Origin: Candidatus Marinacidobacterales bacterium
Lineage (GTDB): Bacteria; Acidobacteriota; Vicinamibacteria; Marinacidobacterales; DATDRI01
Length of the DNA: 64,000 nt
Assembly (NCBI GenBank): GCA_965226495.1
Contig: OZ245365.1
Location: forward strand, 704,001-768,000
Direction: 5' to 3'
A program made the translations under genes and the position numbers. The notes beneath the pieces are model-generated. The model was not told the DNA's origin, did not search any database, and saw only the letters and a list, made by a program, of their open reading frames with translations. Of the stretch, positions 61,340 to 64,000 are shown one piece after another. Every line of letters begins with the position of its first letter. The stretch's first letter is position 1.

Positions 61340-62527
61340 ATGAGCCCGCCCAGTGTCTGCTTCATCAGCAGCACGGCCTACCAAATCCCCTTGGACCCAA
61401 CCAGCGAGAAGAAGTTTCGCGCCCTCGCCGCCGTGGGGACGATATTCGTCATCGGGTTTTCGACCAGTTGGAAGGGCCGGCGACACGATGAGAGCGCAAA
61501 TTTCATTCTCCTGCCGCGGCTCCCGGGGCCGATGTTGCGCTACCTTACCCTGCTGAGTATCGGCTCTCTCGTTGCGTTGAGCCTCGTTTTACGTCGTCGT
61601 GTGGGGATCTTGGTAGCGCAGAGTCCTTACGAAGGGGTCGCGGGAGCCTGGGTGAAGCTGCTGGGTGGAATTTTTGGCCGACGGGTGGCGCTCATCGTAG
61701 AGAGTCATGGTGATTTCGAGAAGGCACCTTTCTTGCAGCATCGTTTCTCCTGGCCGGGCCTCGGACGGTTTTTCTCGGTCCGTTTCTCGCAGTTCGCATT
61801 ACGACATGCCGACGCGTTTCGCGCCATATCGGACGCGACGCGGGAGCAGCTCAACGAGTGGGCAAGGGGAAAGCCTATCGAGCAGTTTCCAACATGGACT
61901 GATATGGACGCCTTCTTGGACGCTGGGCAAAAGAAGCAGAAAACGACTCGAGGCAGACTTCTCTACGTCGGTCTGCTGATCCCTCTCAAAGGCGTCGATC
62001 TTCTCATTCGAGCCTTCGCCTCGATCGCCGAGGATTTTCCCGAGGCGCAACTCCTGATCATTGGAAAGGCCGAGGATCGCCGGTGCGCTCAGTCCCTCGC
62101 CGAACAGACGGAAGAGCTTGGTCTGGTCTCACGAGTGGTTTTCAAGGATCCGCTCCCTCAGCGCGAGCTGGCCAGGCAGATGGCTCAGGCCGAGGCTCTG
62201 GTTCTCCCTTCCCGATCCGAGGGGTTGGGACGGGTCGTCTTCGAAGCGATGGCCTGCGGCACTCCGGTTATAGGGAGTCGAGTTGGTGGTATCGGTGAAA
62301 TGATCGTGGATGGGGACAACGGATTCCTAGTTCCTACTGACGATAGCGAGGCCGTTGCGGAGCGACTGCGTTGGCTTCTGGAAAACCCCGAGAAGTCCGA
62401 TCGGATGGGAGAACGCGCCCGCGCTTTCGCGGAACGATTCTTCTCGACAGAGTCATATGTCGACGCTTACCGTCGTCTATTCGAAGAGGCCACTCGCGTC
62501 ACGGGAGAGAAGAATCCAACCCCGTGA
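61340..62527 (+). CDS. GT4 glycosyltransferase
   Basis: YVGLLIPLKGV and LPSRSEGLGRVVFEAMACG motifs. Confidence 0.9.
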   Translation: MSPPSVCFISSTAYQIPLDPTSEKKFRALAAVGTIFVIGFSTSWKGRRHDESANFILLPRLPGPMLRYLTLLSIGSLVALSLVLRRRVGILVAQSPYEGVAGAWVKLLGGIFGRRVALIVESHGDFEKAPFLQHRFSWPGLGRFFSVRFSQFALRHADAFRAISDATREQLNEWARGKPIEQFPTWTDMDAFLDAGQKKQKTTRGRLLYVGLLIPLKGVDLLIRAFASIAEDFPEAQLLIIGKAEDRRCAQSLAEQTEELGLVSRVVFKDPLPQRELARQMAQAEALVLPSRSEGLGRVVFEAMACGTPVIGSRVGGIGEMIVDGDNGFLVPTDDSEAVAERLRWLLENPEKSDRMGERARAFAERFFSTESYVDAYRRLFEEATRVTGEKNPTP

Positions 62528-63865
62528 AAAAATCATCCCACGCTTTTTCGGCTCGCTTCGCGCGGGCGGCGCGGCGCTGGGGACGCGGACGTGTGGCGAT
62601 ACCAGGTCGTCGTTCTTCCTCGATCAACCGCAGGACCATGAGCACGCTAGGACTACCTTCCGGCAACGGTTCCAGCGGTAGGACCTCGGGCACGTAGCGT
62701 CGCCAGATCGACAAGTTTCGCCAAGACTCGGCCTTCGTCCAAACTCGCCGATCCAACGGGTATTACGGGTATTCTGGATTCTCGCGGTCGGGTGGAGGCC
62801 CGTTCACTCTTTCGTGAAGCAGGACGGTGGGCTCGTCCGAGAAAAAGAACCCGGTCGAGACCTTGCTGTCATGCCCCGGAGAGCGGAGCTGGCTACGCTG
62901 ATGGGGGCGCATCGCCACGCGCCGATCGACTAGGCCGTAACGGTCGTAGATGCGTAGCTCGGAGTAGTAGCCGAGTACGCCAATCGCGCCACCCACGATG
63001 CTATCTCTGGGCTCGAAGCGGGCCTTCAGTGCCAGAGCAATTTCCTTTCTGTCGGCGAGATTGTCGAGTCCGTCTCTCCACACCTCGTACTCGCTGCGGA
63101 AGCCCGCCCCGTAGTAACGAAAATGAAACGCGCGCCGCACCGACGCGGGAACGAGCTGCACGTTCCAAGCGGGAAGAAGTCCCACCGCGATGGTGGCAAT
63201 CACTACCGCGGTGATTGCAAAACGCGATGTCAGACGGTCCTGCAGTCGAGTCACCAACCATCCCATTAAGAGCGCTCCGAAGGCGAGCCCCGGTACGAGA
63301 AACCGTCCCATCGGCATCCAATCCCCGCCGACCACTACCCCGTAGGCGGGAAATGCGAGGCTCAAGGTGCCGAGGGCCAGCGCCAGAGGCTTTGGTGCCT
63401 GCCTCCAGGCCACGTAGCCGAGAGTGCGAACGCCATGGTGGCCATGCCACCGGTCGACCACAACGCGTAGGGTGGGAAAAGGCCGAGCCCCAGCGTGATG
63501 GAGAAAGCCACGCCCATCGCCATGCCGAAATCTTGCCGGAGCGTTCGAAAAACGAGGTACAGGAGTAAAGAGCCACAAGCGAAACTGAGCATCGGTGCCC
63601 AGAAAGTGACGTCAAGTCGCAGGTACTCGACAAGTGCGCACACCGCGACCCAAAGAAAGTTGCTGTCTCCCTCTTCGGGCTGCTGATACCCTACGTTGTA
63701 GCGCAGGCCGTATCCCATGGCCCAGTTCTTTGCGTAGCGGAAACTGATGAAGGCGTCGTCGTTGTTGTACCAGAATCTATAGGTCAACAACGAGTAGGGG
63801 ATCCACGCGACAACGAAGGCGATCCAATCTCGGCGGGATTCGCGTTGGGCGTGACCGTGGTTCAT
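62499..63865 (-). pseudogene. Disrupted AftB-like (DDAFISFRYA-type) GT-C membrane glycosyltransferase
   Basis: Three frames: 63865 (DDAFISFRYA..G.G..YN...EG.SNFLW), then GGDWMPMGRFLVP...GAIG.LGYYS...D.YGLVD...PGH, then 62756..62499. Frame breaks near 63425 and 62790; the middle TM region appears to be missing. Confidence 0.72.
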
Positions 63866-64000
63866 TCGAGGCTAGCTTCTCACGCAGCGGACTAGATCCT
63901 AGCGACATGGTGCCCTATGTGGGAAACGTGCGGGAACATCCGGGCTTGCCACCGCGACGAGGCCGCTCTAGAATACCTCCGTTCTCCGTAGACGTCATTT

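Overview
This GC-rich bacterial window is almost entirely one very large cell-surface glycosylation and glycan-decoration locus of about 47 genes. Gene style suggests Acidobacteriota, possibly Vicinamibacteria, but that is inference only. The window holds about 11 polytopic GT-C-like membrane glycosyltransferases, 4 GT2 enzymes of the polyprenyl-phosphate-sugar synthase type (one with a DUF2304 partner), 5 GT4s, a Wzx-type flippase, RmlC/RmlD and a DegT aminotransferase. It also holds a radical SAM enzyme, a GMC oxidoreductase with a Tat-signal partner, a CMAH/NamH-like MBL-fold protein, 2 SGNH proteins, 2 methyltransferases and a PAPS-type sulfotransferase. The most striking feature is a set of six 'sulfatase-like' lipoproteins that all carry Thr (W-T-x-P-[ST]) instead of the formylglycine Cys/Ser motif. 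All six end in the same L-x-x-L-G-Y tail, and they are interleaved with two arylsulfotransferase (ASST) lipoproteins whose N-termini carry a related L-x-x-L-[SP]-Y motif. This suggests an undescribed extracytoplasmic sulfuryl (or phosphoryl) transfer system for surface glycans. Several genes are broken by single-base indels or internal deletions, which may be decay or assembly error. Several genes have a -10 box only 8-10 nt before the start codon, suggesting leaderless transcripts. I saw no rRNA, tRNA, CRISPR array or transposase. All family calls come from motif recognition by eye; no database search was run.
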